Shown here: piece by piece, positions 1 to 10,869 of the stretch | Layout of the letters: each line of letters opens with the position of its first letter | Position numbering within the stretch: the stretch's first letter is position 1 | Origin: Elusimicrobiota bacterium | GTDB lineage: Bacteria; Elusimicrobiota; Elusimicrobia; UBA1565 | Reading direction: 5' to 3' | DNA: 64,000 nt | NCBI GenBank assembly: GCA_043827405.1 | Contig: JBDRPD010000108.1 | Span: forward strand, 32,001-96,000 | Program-made: the position numbers and the translations under genes | Notes under the pieces: model-generated | What the model was told of the DNA's origin: nothing | The model's database searches: none | The model's input: only the letters and a program-made list of their open reading frames with translations

Positions 1-21
1 TCCAAGGAGTAGCCCTCACCC

Positions 22-1506
22 TTGTTTACCCCTTCTCCCTTTATATTCGGCATCGAAGGCCTGCGCCCCTCGCGTACCGCGATCCAACTGCTGAAAGATA
101 CCGAAGCGGCGGGAATCCTGCTCCTCCCGCGCAATATCCGCACTCCCGACCAGGTCCGCGGTCTTGTCAGCGGCCTGCAGGACCAGCTGGGACGCCCACT
201 GCTGGTCTCCATCGATCACGAAGGGGGGTGGGTCCTGCGCTTCACACAAGGGATCACTTTCTTCCCGGGAAACGCCGCCCTGGCCCGCAGCGGTCGGCCG
301 CAAATTGCCCGGGATGTCGGCCGCCGGATGGCGCGGGAATTAGCGGCTCTAGGCATCGGACTCAACCTGGCACCGGTAGCCGATGTGCAGGGAACGCGCT
401 ATAATCCGGGGATCGGCATCCGATCATTCGGATCAGATACAAAAATAGTGTCTAAATTTACAAAAGAATTTATATGTGGCCATCTTGACCACAAAGTCGC
501 CGCCTGCGTCAAACACTTCCCCGGCAAGGGCGAAGCGGTAGTTGATGCGCATGCCGATATTCCCACCATAAATGCCTCGCGGCGCGCCATGACGGCCAGG
601 CACTTGCCGCCGTTCGCCGCCGCCATCGCGGCAAAGGTCCCCTGCGTCATGACCACTCATGCCGTATACCCGGCACTAGACCCAAGCGGAGCGACCGCCA
701 CCTATTCCCGCCCGATAGCCCATGATCTTCTCCGCCGCCGCCTGGGCTTTTCGGGAGTCCTCATCTCCGACGATCTCTGCATGGGCGCCGTAATCAAGCA
801 CGAAAGCGTCCCCCAGGCCTCGGTCCGCGCCCTGCGGGCCGGCCACGATCTGCTCATTATCGCCCAAGCCCCGCATCAGCGTAAATCCGTCCTCGCCGTC
901 CAAAGCGCTCTGGACCGCGGCCGGCTTGATGCCGCCCAATGGCGGGACTCGCAGCGGCGCATCAAACACCTGCTGGACCGCTTTGTCCGCCCCGCGACCG
1001 GCCGCATCCTCCGCCCGGACATCCAACTGCCGCGGCGCCTGGCCGCGGCGGCGGTCACCGTGCTGCAGCGCGGCACAGTCCCCCTGCCCTTAAACTGGAC
1101 CGGGCGCCCGATAATCGATGTCTACTGGCCGAACCTGCGCGAAATAAGCGGTCAATTCACTTTTGAGGGCGGACCGGACGCCCCGCTCCGACTGCTGCGC
1201 GACCGGCTCTCCCGCTGGCCGGCTCATATCAGATACAATACCGTACCGCTGATCCGCCGCCGCAGGGGAACTGGAGAGGCGAGAATAAAAAGTCCGCATT
1301 TAACGCTATTTTTTTGTTTCGACGCCTTGCGCTATGCGGCCCAGAAAGAAGCCCTGCGTCACGTCCAGCAGACGACGGACCGTTTGGTCGTGCTGCTAAT
1401 GAGAAATCCATGGGACCAGACCTTGCTCGACCGCCGAGTAACGGCGCTCACCGCTTATGGCTTTCGCAACAGCCAAATCCTGGCGCTGGCGGAGCGCCTA
1501 AAATGA
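22..1506 (+). CDS. nagZ: GH3 beta-N-acetylhexosaminidase (NagZ-like) with C-terminal domain
   Basis: SIDHEGG, NLAPVADV, IRSFG, KHFPG(K)G, D-A-H and ISDDL motifs of GH3 NagZ; TTG start uncertain. Confidence 0.85.
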   Translation: MFTPSPFIFGIEGLRPSRTAIQLLKDTEAAGILLLPRNIRTPDQVRGLVSGLQDQLGRPLLVSIDHEGGWVLRFTQGITFFPGNAALARSGRPQIARDVGRRMARELAALGIGLNLAPVADVQGTRYNPGIGIRSFGSDTKIVSKFTKEFICGHLDHKVAACVKHFPGKGEAVVDAHADIPTINASRRAMTARHLPPFAAAIAAKVPCVMTTHAVYPALDPSGATATYSRPIAHDLLRRRLGFSGVLISDDLCMGAVIKHESVPQASVRALRAGHDLLIIAQAPHQRKSVLAVQSALDRGRLDAAQWRDSQRRIKHLLDRFVRPATGRILRPDIQLPRRLAAAAVTVLQRGTVPLPLNWTGRPIIDVYWPNLREISGQFTFEGGPDAPLRLLRDRLSRWPAHIRYNTVPLIRRRRGTGEARIKSPHLTLFFCFDALRYAAQKEALRHVQQTTDRLVVLLMRNPWDQTLLDRRVTALTAYGFRNSQILALAERLK

Positions 1507-2681
1507 GATGCGCTGCCGCCCTCGCCATAATTACGGCGCTGGCTCTGGCGCGCCCATCCGGCGCTCAACCGCGCAGGTTCGACATCGTCGACAGCAGCGG
1601 CACCGTTGAAGTCACCGTCATCCCCACCCCGCCCGCGCAGCGACAAGACTTCTTCACCGCCGCACCCTTGGCATACTCCTCCACTATGACGATCAGCCAG
1701 CTGGCGCAGATATATACGGAAGCGTTTCGCCCGGAGGAGAAGAACACCATCCTGAAGGTCCTCAGCGGCAAAACGCCGCGCGACGAGCTGGATATCCGGG
1801 CCTTGCTGAACCTCTACCACCGCTATCAGCGCCGCGTACGCCATCCCGTTCAGCTCTCCATAAGCCGTCTGGCTCCGCAGGATGAGCATTTCGCGCCGTT
1901 TTTCACCGCCCTGCTTGAAGAAGAAGAACCCTCCTTCCAGGCCTTCGGGCTGCTCGGAACGCTCCAGGTCAGGAACAAGGCGGCGCTGCCGCAAATTCGC
2001 CGCCTCGCGGAACGCCGTCTCGACAAGCCGGAAGCGCCCAATGAAGTGGCGATCACATTGCAGGCTCTCCAAGTCCTGGCCGAACTGCGCGCGCCGAAGA
2101 CGCGCCGCTTGGTGCTGCGGCACACTCGGGTGCTCCCCGCCACGGCCGAAATTCTCGCGCATTATTACTGGAAAGAGTCGCTTCCTCTTTTTGTGCGCTG
2201 GGCGGAATCCAATAACGAATACAGCCGCGCCCGCGCCCGTGCGGCTTGGCGCACGGATGTACCGACGGACGCCCTGCGCGAGACCGTCGAGAAACTGCGC
2301 GCGCTCGTCCTCAGCCGGCGCCGGGCGGAATTTACGCGCCATCACGCGGCCATCAAGCTGGGGTTCGCCGCCGACGACGCCGAGGTCGTGCGGCTGCTGC
2401 GGGACCATGCCCAAGCCGGCGACGAGCAGACCCGCCTCTACCTCACGGCCGCGCTCTTCGCCTCGCGCAGCCCGCGGGTGATCCCGCTGCTCGTCGAGCA
2501 TGCCAAGACGCACGAATCCCCGATCAACCGTGCCGGCGCGCTCGGCGAGCTCAAGGACCTTATGCCGCGAGATGACTACGTGGCGCTGCTGACCTGGTTC
2601 ACCGCCAACGACCCCGACCCGGAAAACCAGCGGATCGCCCGGCTCGAACTGCGCGCGCTCGACGTCCCGGCCGCGCCATAG
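1503..2681 (+). CDS. Secreted HEAT-repeat-like hypothetical protein
   Basis: ATGA overlap with nagZ stop; signal peptide MRCAAALAIITALALARPSGA; helical repeats such as RHHAAIKLG and RAGALGEL. Confidence 0.6.
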   Translation: MRCAAALAIITALALARPSGAQPRRFDIVDSSGTVEVTVIPTPPAQRQDFFTAAPLAYSSTMTISQLAQIYTEAFRPEEKNTILKVLSGKTPRDELDIRALLNLYHRYQRRVRHPVQLSISRLAPQDEHFAPFFTALLEEEEPSFQAFGLLGTLQVRNKAALPQIRRLAERRLDKPEAPNEVAITLQALQVLAELRAPKTRRLVLRHTRVLPATAEILAHYYWKESLPLFVRWAESNNEYSRARARAAWRTDVPTDALRETVEKLRALVLSRRRAEFTRHHAAIKLGFAADDAEVVRLLRDHAQAGDEQTRLYLTAALFASRSPRVIPLLVEHAKTHESPINRAGALGELKDLMPRDDYVALLTWFTANDPDPENQRIARLELRALDVPAAP

Positions 2682-2712
2682 CCTTTTCCGCGTTTATGCT
2701 AAACTGCATTCC

Positions 2713-3957
2713 ATGACGTTCGGATTCTGGATTCTCATTGCCGCCGCCGCTGCGCTGCTCTCGGCGCTCGTCTGGGCGCTGCGCGAGATTTATGCGCTGC
2801 GGCTCGCCGCGGAACCCGCCGCCGAGACCGGCAAGACCCGCGGGCTGCCTCAAGAACGGCTCGACGAGCTGCTGACCATGCTGCTGGCCCTCCACGACTA
2901 CGGCGTCTCGCGTACCGGCAATGTCTCGCACGAGGAATTCTGCTCCTTGGTTATAGAGAAGGCCTGCCGACTGCTCAACTCGACGCGGGGCACCGTCATG
3001 CTCTTCGACGAAGAAGAAAAGGTCCTCTCGGTCGTCGCCTCGCGCAACGCCGCGATCACGACCACGCCGAAATTGAAGCTGAAGCCCGGAGAAGGCGTGG
3101 CCGGCCGGGCTTTCGAGGCCGCCAAGCCTATTTTCGTCCTGGAGCCGACCCGGGACCCGCGCTACGTGGCGTCGGATCCCAAGCGGGATTCGGACGAGCC
3201 GTTCCTCTCAATCCCGATGATGCTCAAGTCCAAGCCGATAGGAGTCCTCAACGTCCACGATACGGGCGGCGCGCTCACGCCGGACGACACCAAGTTGAAA
3301 TTCCTCATGCTTTTGGGCGGCGAGGCGGCCCTCGCCCTGCACCACCAAAAAATGTATGACGATCTGCAGATTTTCTACTTCGACATGGTGCAGATGCTGG
3401 CCCGGGCCGCCGGCGCCAAAGACGCCTACGGCCAAGACCACTCCGAACGCTCGCGCCGCTACGCCAACGCGGTGGCCAAGGAATTGGGGCTGCCCGACCA
3501 AATGATGCGCTACGTGGAATACTCCACCATGCTTCACGGCATCGGCAAGATCGGCGTCGACCAGAACCTGCTGTCCAAGCCCGGCAAGCTCACCCCGGCG
3601 GAGTTCGAACAAATCAAGAAGCACACATCGATCGGACACCGCATTCTGCAGCCGGTAAAATTTTTTGGGCCGGTCGCGCAGATGGTGCTCTACCACCAGG
3701 AGTGGTACAACGGCAAGGGCTACCCGGAGGGATTGAAAGGCGAGGAAATTCCCCTCGGCTCCCGCATCGTCGCGGTCATCATCGCTTGGGAGGCCATGAA
3801 CTCGGATCGTCCCTACCGCAAAGCCCTGCCCCGCGACGCGGCGATCGACCAGCTGCAAAAAGGCGCGGACACCCAGTTTGATCCCAAGGTCGTTGAAGCC
3901 TTCCTGACGGTCGAAGCGCGCCTCGCGCGCGAAGAGGCCGCGGCCAGCGGCGGCTGA
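2713..3957 (+). CDS. Membrane-anchored GAF + HD-GYP domain protein with degenerate metal ligands
   Basis: N-terminal TM; GAF (GEGVAGRA, FLSIPM, IGVLNV); HSER, LHGIGK, HQEWYNGKGYP, DRPYR, TQFDP. Confidence 0.85.
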   Translation: MTFGFWILIAAAAALLSALVWALREIYALRLAAEPAAETGKTRGLPQERLDELLTMLLALHDYGVSRTGNVSHEEFCSLVIEKACRLLNSTRGTVMLFDEEEKVLSVVASRNAAITTTPKLKLKPGEGVAGRAFEAAKPIFVLEPTRDPRYVASDPKRDSDEPFLSIPMMLKSKPIGVLNVHDTGGALTPDDTKLKFLMLLGGEAALALHHQKMYDDLQIFYFDMVQMLARAAGAKDAYGQDHSERSRRYANAVAKELGLPDQMMRYVEYSTMLHGIGKIGVDQNLLSKPGKLTPAEFEQIKKHTSIGHRILQPVKFFGPVAQMVLYHQEWYNGKGYPEGLKGEEIPLGSRIVAVIIAWEAMNSDRPYRKALPRDAAIDQLQKGADTQFDPKVVEAFLTVEARLAREEAAASGG

Positions 3958-3967
3958 GAGCCCGGCC

Positions 3968-4639
3968 ATGCTCTATCTCGTCGCCACGCCGATCGGCAAT
4001 CTTGAAGACCTTACCCCGCGGGCGCGGCGGATATTGAGCGAGGTTCGCGCCGTCTACTGCGAGGACACGCGCCGAACCAAACGCCTCTTCTCCCACTTCG
4101 ACATCCACACCCCGCTGCTGCGCTACAAAGACCGCGACCCGCGGGGCGTCGAGCATATCCTGGAGCGTCTGCGGCGCGGCGAGAATTTGGCGCTCGCCTC
4201 GGACGCCGGGACCCCGGTCGTCTCGGACCCCGGCCTTGATCTCGTCGCGCAGGCGCGGCGGGAAGGCCTCGAAGTCCTGCCGCTCCCCGGCGCCTGCTCC
4301 GTGCCGGCCGCGGTCGCGGCATCGGGGCTGCCGGGAGACTCTTTTGTTTTCCTTGGTTTCCTGCCGCGCTCACCGGGGAAGCTGCGTAAAACCTTGGCGC
4401 AGGCCGCGACCCTGGAGAGAACAATCGTCGTTTTTGAATCCCCCTATCGTGTCGTGAAGCTCCTGCGCCTGGCCGAAGAGGTCCTCGGCGCGCGGGCTCA
4501 GGCGGCGATCTGCCGCGAACTCAGCAAGCTGCACGAGGAGTGGTGGTCCGGAACGCTCGACAGCGTTCGCGGCGCCCTGGAGGCTCGCGGCAAGCTCTTG
4601 GGCGAATTCGTGGTCCTTTTCCACCCGCGCCGGATATGA
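3968..4639 (+). CDS. rsmI: 16S rRNA (cytidine1402-2'-O)-methyltransferase
   Basis: LYLVATPIGNLED, CEDTR, SDAGTPVVSDPG, FESPYR, RELSKLHEE. Confidence 0.95.
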   Translation: MLYLVATPIGNLEDLTPRARRILSEVRAVYCEDTRRTKRLFSHFDIHTPLLRYKDRDPRGVEHILERLRRGENLALASDAGTPVVSDPGLDLVAQARREGLEVLPLPGACSVPAAVAASGLPGDSFVFLGFLPRSPGKLRKTLAQAATLERTIVVFESPYRVVKLLRLAEEVLGARAQAAICRELSKLHEEWWSGTLDSVRGALEARGKLLGEFVVLFHPRRI

Positions 4640-5241
4640 GCAGGATATACCGCCTGGAGCGCGGGCAGGAGCTCTCCGCGCGGGATCGCGACGACCTCGC
4701 CCGGGCGCTGCGCGAGGGAGAGACCGCCGCTTTTCCCACCGATACGGTCTATGGCCTGGGCACGTCCGCGCTGTCCCCGGAAGGCATCCGGCGCATCTAT
4801 GAGATCAAGGGGCGGGACTCTGCTAAACCCCTGCCGATTTTTGTACATTCTACCGAGGAAGCCCGACGCTGGACCGTCTGGACGTCGGTGGCTGATCGGC
4901 TCGCCGACCGGTATTGGCCGGGGGCCTTGACCATGGTCCTGCGCCCGTCGGAGGAAGGCAAACAGTTGCTCTCCCCGGGAGCCGCCGCACTGGCCGTCCG
5001 CGTACCGGATCACCAGGTTGTTTTGCGCCTCCTTGAGGCCTCGGGCGTCCCCTGGAGCGCAACCAGCGCCAACCTCTCCGGACAGCCCGCGCTATGCGGC
5101 GCCGCCGAGGTAGTCGCCGCGTTTTCCGGAAAAGTCGACCGCATCCTGGCCGCCGGAACCTGCGGCGGGACGGAATCGACCGTCGTTGAGGCGTATGGGA
5201 AGAAGGCGCGCGTGCTCCGGGAGGGAGCCATCCGCTTATGA
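4636..5241 (+). CDS. tsaC: L-threonylcarbamoyladenylate synthase (TsaC/Sua5)
   Basis: FPTDTVYGL, KGR..KP, WPGALT, VRVP, TSANLSG; ATG overlaps rsmI stop. Confidence 0.9.
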   Translation: MSRIYRLERGQELSARDRDDLARALREGETAAFPTDTVYGLGTSALSPEGIRRIYEIKGRDSAKPLPIFVHSTEEARRWTVWTSVADRLADRYWPGALTMVLRPSEEGKQLLSPGAAALAVRVPDHQVVLRLLEASGVPWSATSANLSGQPALCGAAEVVAAFSGKVDRILAAGTCGGTESTVVEAYGKKARVLREGAIRL

Positions 5242-5676
5242 AAGTGGTTTTTGTCTGCACCGGCAACAGCTGCCGCAGCGTAATGGCGGAGTATCTGCTC
5301 AATAAGATGGCCGCCGACCGGGGCCTGCAGGACTGGACGGCCCGCTCCTGCGGAACGGCCGCCGAGCCCTACTTCCCGACCCCCGAAGGCGTCCGCACCG
5401 CCCTAAAGGACCGGGGAATAGACAAGGTCGAGCACACCCCGGAGCTGGCGGGCCGGGAACTCCTGGGCTGGGCCGACGTCGTGCTGACAATGGCCCGCCA
5501 TCATCGGGAGCATCTGCTGGATCAGTTCCCCGAATTCACCGATAAAACACATATGTTCCTCGAGCATACCCTCGGAGAAGAAGGGGATGTAGACGACCCG
5601 ATCAGCCAGCCGACAGCGGTTTACCGCCAGTGCCGCGATAAGATCGAACAGGCCCTCATCCAGTTTATGGAGAAAC

Positions 5677-5696
<20 letters not shown>
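5238..5696 (+). CDS. Low-molecular-weight protein Tyr/Arg phosphatase
   Basis: [12 protein letters not shown]-loop and DVDDP; tsaC-phosphatase-glyA order resembles the Firmicute ywlC-ywlE-glyA region. Confidence 0.9.
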
Positions 5697-6935
<1,239 letters not shown>

Positions 6936-6939
<4 letters not shown>

Positions 6940-7322
6940 TCGCGAACATCCTCATCGTCGACGACGACGAGAACATCCGCAATATGCTCCGCACCGTCCT
7001 GGAGGAGGCGCATCACCGCGTGCTTGAAGCCACCGACGGCGCCCAAGCCTTCACCATGGCCGAGGAGCACCGGCCGCACCTGATCATCATGGATGTGGTG
7101 ATGCCCGGCCTGTACGGCACCACGGCCGCGAAGAAGCTGCACGAGTACCGCAGCACGGCGGATATTCCGATCATCATATTCAGCGGCACCGCGGACGAAT
7201 CGCTGCTGGAAGAGGTCGGCCTTAAAGACGACAAGGTCGTATTCCTGCACAAGCCGTCCGATGCCAAGACCATCCTCGAAACGATACGCAAAATGCTCCC
7301 GGAGGGCGGATACACCCAATGA
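6936..7322 (+). CDS. Single-domain response regulator (CheY-like receiver)
   Basis: GTG start overlapping glyA stop; ILIVDDD, IMDVVMP, SG and KP motifs. Confidence 0.88.
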
Positions 7323-8176
7323 CTGTACGATTCGCGATACTCGGAGGCTCCGGCCTCTATCAGATGAAGGACATCCGGGACGTCGAGGAGCGCCGCATAG
7401 AGACGCCGTTCGGCGACCCGTCCGACGCGATTATGCTGGGCACGGTCGCCGGCGTTCGCTGCGCGTTCCTGCCGCGGCACGGACGCGGACACCGCTTTCT
7501 CCCGACCGAACTTCCCAGCCGGGCCAATATCTGGGCGCTGAAGTCGCTGGGCGTGGAGCGCATCCTCTCCATGGGCGCCGTGGGCTCGCTGCGCGAGGAA
7601 TTCGCCCCCCGCGACTTTGTCTTTCCGGATCAGCTGGTGGATGAGACGCGCCACCGGACCTCAACCTTCTTCGGCGACGGCATCGTGGCGCATGTCGCCT
7701 TCGCCCGCCCCTTCTGCGACCCGCTGTCGGAGATGCTTCACGCCTCAGCCAAGGGGCTGGGCCTTAATGCGCACCGGGGCGGGACCTACTGCTGCATGGA
7801 GGGCCCCTCTTTCTCCACCATCGCCGAGTCCAACATGCACCGGCAGTTCGGCTACGCCGTCATCGGCATGACGGCGGCGGGCGAAGCCAAGCTCGCGCGC
7901 GAGGCCGAGATCTGCTACTCCCCCGTCGCCATGATCACGGATTATGACTGCTGGAAGGAGGACGATCACGTGACGACCGAGAAAGTCGTCGAGCACCTGC
8001 TGGCGAACGTTGAAAACGCCCAGCGGCTCATCGCCGACGTCCTGCCCAAGCTCGACCAGGCGCCCGCCGGCTGCGGCTGCGGCGAAGCCCTCAAGGGCGC
8101 GATCTTCACCGCGCCCGAAGCGCGCGATAAAGAAACGGCCAAGAAGCTGGAGCTGCTGATTAAGAAATATGTCTAA
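7319..8176 (+). CDS. mtnP: S-methyl-5'-thioadenosine phosphorylase
   Basis: ILGGSGLY, TPFGDPS, RHGRGH, EGPSFST, GMT, TDYDCW. Confidence 0.93.
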   Translation: MTVRFAILGGSGLYQMKDIRDVEERRIETPFGDPSDAIMLGTVAGVRCAFLPRHGRGHRFLPTELPSRANIWALKSLGVERILSMGAVGSLREEFAPRDFVFPDQLVDETRHRTSTFFGDGIVAHVAFARPFCDPLSEMLHASAKGLGLNAHRGGTYCCMEGPSFSTIAESNMHRQFGYAVIGMTAAGEAKLAREAEICYSPVAMITDYDCWKEDDHVTTEKVVEHLLANVENAQRLIADVLPKLDQAPAGCGCGEALKGAIFTAPEARDKETAKKLELLIKKYV

Positions 8177-8188
8177 CAGGATACCCGC

Positions 8189-8761
8189 ATGACCCTAAAC
8201 AAAACATACCGGAAACTCATCGAAACCGCGAAGCGCGCGCGCCGCAAGGCCTATTGCCCCTACTCCCGCTACGCCATCGGCTCGGCGGTGCTGACGGAAT
8301 CCGGGCAGATATTTTCCGGCGCAAACGTGGAGAACGCCTCCTACGGGCTAAGCCTGTGCGGCGAGCGCGTCGCCATCTTCAACGCCATCAGCCGCGGAGC
8401 GAAATGGCTGAAGGCCATCTGCGTTGTCGGCCGCAGCGCCCGCCCCTGCGGCGCCTGCCGCCAGGTCATGCTCGAGTTCAGCTCCAAGGAAACCGATCTG
8501 ATCTGCGTTGATCTCAAGACGGAAACGGGACGCGACTCCATCACCGTCACCAAGATGTTCAAAAGTCTGCCGCACTCCTTCGACCCGCTCGATGCCGGCC
8601 TGCTGCCGACTAATCCGCAGAACCTGCTCAAGCGCAGCAAGGCGCGCTCGCAGGAGAAGCAGAAGCGGCGCAGCGCCCGCAAGGCGAGGAGCGCAGCGCC
8701 GCGCAGAAAGAAGCGCCGCACCGTCGGCAAAAAACGCGCCGCCCGCAAGAGAGGCCGATAA
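8189..8761 (+). CDS. cdd: Cytidine deaminase with Lys/Arg-rich C-terminal tail
   Basis: AYCPYS, GANVENASYG, CGER, PCGACRQ. Confidence 0.9.
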   Translation: MTLNKTYRKLIETAKRARRKAYCPYSRYAIGSAVLTESGQIFSGANVENASYGLSLCGERVAIFNAISRGAKWLKAICVVGRSARPCGACRQVMLEFSSKETDLICVDLKTETGRDSITVTKMFKSLPHSFDPLDAGLLPTNPQNLLKRSKARSQEKQKRRSARKARSAAPRRKKRRTVGKKRAARKRGR

Positions 8762-9141
8762 TGAACAAGCGAACACTGCAGGACGTCGCCGATTGGATGA
8801 AGACGACCGACCTGGCGCGGGTGTCCTATCGCCGGGCCGGAGAAACCATCGAGTTTTCCCTGGAAGACGCCCCCAGTGCGGCGGAGTCCGCCTTCCCTCC
8901 CTGCCGGCTGATCCCGGTCAGCGCCCGGGAAGTCGGTCTATTCCGACCCGGCCCGCTCGGCACGGCCGGCGGAATCGAGAAAGGCTCCGAGGTCAAGGAA
9001 GGCGCGGTACTGGGACTCATCGCCGCCGGGAAAGAACAGCACGAAGTGAAAGCTCCCGCCGCCGGGCGCATCATCTCGGCGTTGGTCGAAGACGGCGACC
9101 CGGTGGAATACGGCCAGCCACTGTTCTTCATCCAGCCCTAA
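8761..9141 (+). CDS. accB: Biotin carboxyl carrier protein-like (AccB) with non-canonical biotinylation motif
   Basis: AccB-like N-terminus and biotinyl/lipoyl fold (EVKAPAAG, VEDGDPVEYGQPLF); AAGKE in place of EAMKM; accC two genes downstream. Confidence 0.7.
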   Translation: MNKRTLQDVADWMKTTDLARVSYRRAGETIEFSLEDAPSAAESAFPPCRLIPVSAREVGLFRPGPLGTAGGIEKGSEVKEGAVLGLIAAGKEQHEVKAPAAGRIISALVEDGDPVEYGQPLFFIQP

Positions 9142-9147
9142 CCCAGC

Positions 9148-10869
9148 GTGATACGGCCGTCCAAGATCGAGTGCTCCAAATGCCGCGAGCCGGCGACCCT
9201 GACTGACCTGCATTGCCCCAAGTGCCGCGGTCGGGTGGTCAAGCACTGCGGCTCCTGCGGCTGGGTGCTTTCGGTACTAAAGAAGTACTGCGACTCCTGC
9301 GGCGAACCGCAGGAGGTCGTAAGCAATACGCCGATGCCGCGCCAGCTTCCGCCCGCCGCTGAGCAGAAACCCAAAGAGCCGCCGCAGAAGACGCCCCCTC
9401 CGAAAGCGAAAAAAGAGGCGCCCAAAAAGGACGACGGCGGCATAAATCTCTCGCTGCCGAAAGAAGAGCCGAAGCTCCCGCGCTCCCTAAGTGACGGCGC
9501 CAAAAAGCCGCCGCAAGACATTCCGCATACGATCATGCGGCGGCTCGACGAAGCACCGCGGGACGCGGCGCCGGCCCGGGAAAAAGCGCGCGAACGGAGC
9601 GCGCCGCGGGAGCGCGAGAAAGACCAGCCGCGCATCGAGTACCGCGACCCGCCCCGCGAGCAGCAGCGCCCGCGCCGCTCCCGCAGCGACCGCGGACGCA
9701 CCGCCGTCCATACCCTCGTCCGTGAACGGCCGGTATTTTCCACCCTGCTGGGCCTGATCCTGCTGCTGGCCACGGCGGGGGCGTACTTCACCGTCTGGAA
9801 ATCACGGCGCACGCCGCAGCGGCTGCTGCTCAAGACGACCAGCGCCTACCTGGCGGCGCTGAAAGCCAAGCGCTACGACGCCGCCTACCAGATACTGTCC
9901 ACGGAGGCGCGCGACAGCTGTACGCTCGAGCGCTTCAGTACGCTGCAGGAGCCGCAGAGCTGGAACTACGACAAAATCCGCATCGTCTCCATTTCTCCCG
10001 AACGGGCGCTGGTCCAGTATGAACTGCTGACCTCGGGACGCACGATGGAGAATGACTGGCTCTATTTCTACAACGAAAACGGCAAGTGGCGGCGCACCTA
10101 TTGGTGGCATCTGATGCCGGAGATCGAAGAAGCCCTGGAGACGGAGAATGCCGCCGGCGCATTCGCGCTGGCCGAAAAAGCCGCCCGCATCAATCCCCTC
10201 GATCCCATGCCGCCCAGCTATCTGTGCGAGGCGGCTTATGCGCAAAGCGGTTACGCCGCAGCCGAGACCTATTGCCGCCGCGCCCTGGACATGGCCGCGG
10301 TCTACCCTTCCCGGCTGGGCGCGGAAGGCATGCTGCGCCTGCGCCTAATCCTCGCCGATACCTACCGCAACGGCCTCGGCGACATCACCAAGGCCGTACA
10401 GCAGTATGACCAAATTCTCGCCGACCCGCTCATGCGGGGCAAAAAGCACTGCGACGTGCGCCTGGCCAACGCCGACGCCCGCTACCTGCTCGGCGACTAC
10501 GAACAGGCCAGCGAGCAATTCCGCGCCGCCGGCGAAGACTGCCGGCAGGAAGAGGAGATCGCCTACGTGCAGCGGACTTCGCGCATGCTCACGGGGAAGG
10601 CGGACGCGGAAGCCGTCGCCGCCGCCCAGGAGTACCATATGCCCGGCGACAAGCTTTCACTCCTGCAGTGGCGGCAGAAATCCCGCCGGGAAGTCTCCAA
10701 GCGGTTCGGCACAAAGCTGATAAAATACCGGGACGAGGAGAGCTGGGAAGCCCGCCACCTTTCCGGCGCGAACTACGAGGTCGTGGTCCGCAACCAAAGC
10801 GGTGAAGTACTGACCGCCCAGGTCGATCTATGGACGCAGAACGTCAAGGTGAAGATCCATGTTCAATAA
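9148..10869 (+). CDS. Double zinc-ribbon / TM / TPR hypothetical protein
   Basis: Four CxxC pairs, Pro/Arg-rich linker, one TM helix (LLGLILLLATAGAYF), TPR-like helices. Confidence 0.7.
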   Translation: MIRPSKIECSKCREPATLTDLHCPKCRGRVVKHCGSCGWVLSVLKKYCDSCGEPQEVVSNTPMPRQLPPAAEQKPKEPPQKTPPPKAKKEAPKKDDGGINLSLPKEEPKLPRSLSDGAKKPPQDIPHTIMRRLDEAPRDAAPAREKARERSAPREREKDQPRIEYRDPPREQQRPRRSRSDRGRTAVHTLVRERPVFSTLLGLILLLATAGAYFTVWKSRRTPQRLLLKTTSAYLAALKAKRYDAAYQILSTEARDSCTLERFSTLQEPQSWNYDKIRIVSISPERALVQYELLTSGRTMENDWLYFYNENGKWRRTYWWHLMPEIEEALETENAAGAFALAEKAARINPLDPMPPSYLCEAAYAQSGYAAAETYCRRALDMAAVYPSRLGAEGMLRLRLILADTYRNGLGDITKAVQQYDQILADPLMRGKKHCDVRLANADARYLLGDYEQASEQFRAAGEDCRQEEEIAYVQRTSRMLTGKADAEAVAAAQEYHMPGDKLSLLQWRQKSRREVSKRFGTKLIKYRDEESWEARHLSGANYEVVVRNQSGEVLTAQVDLWTQNVKVKIHVQ

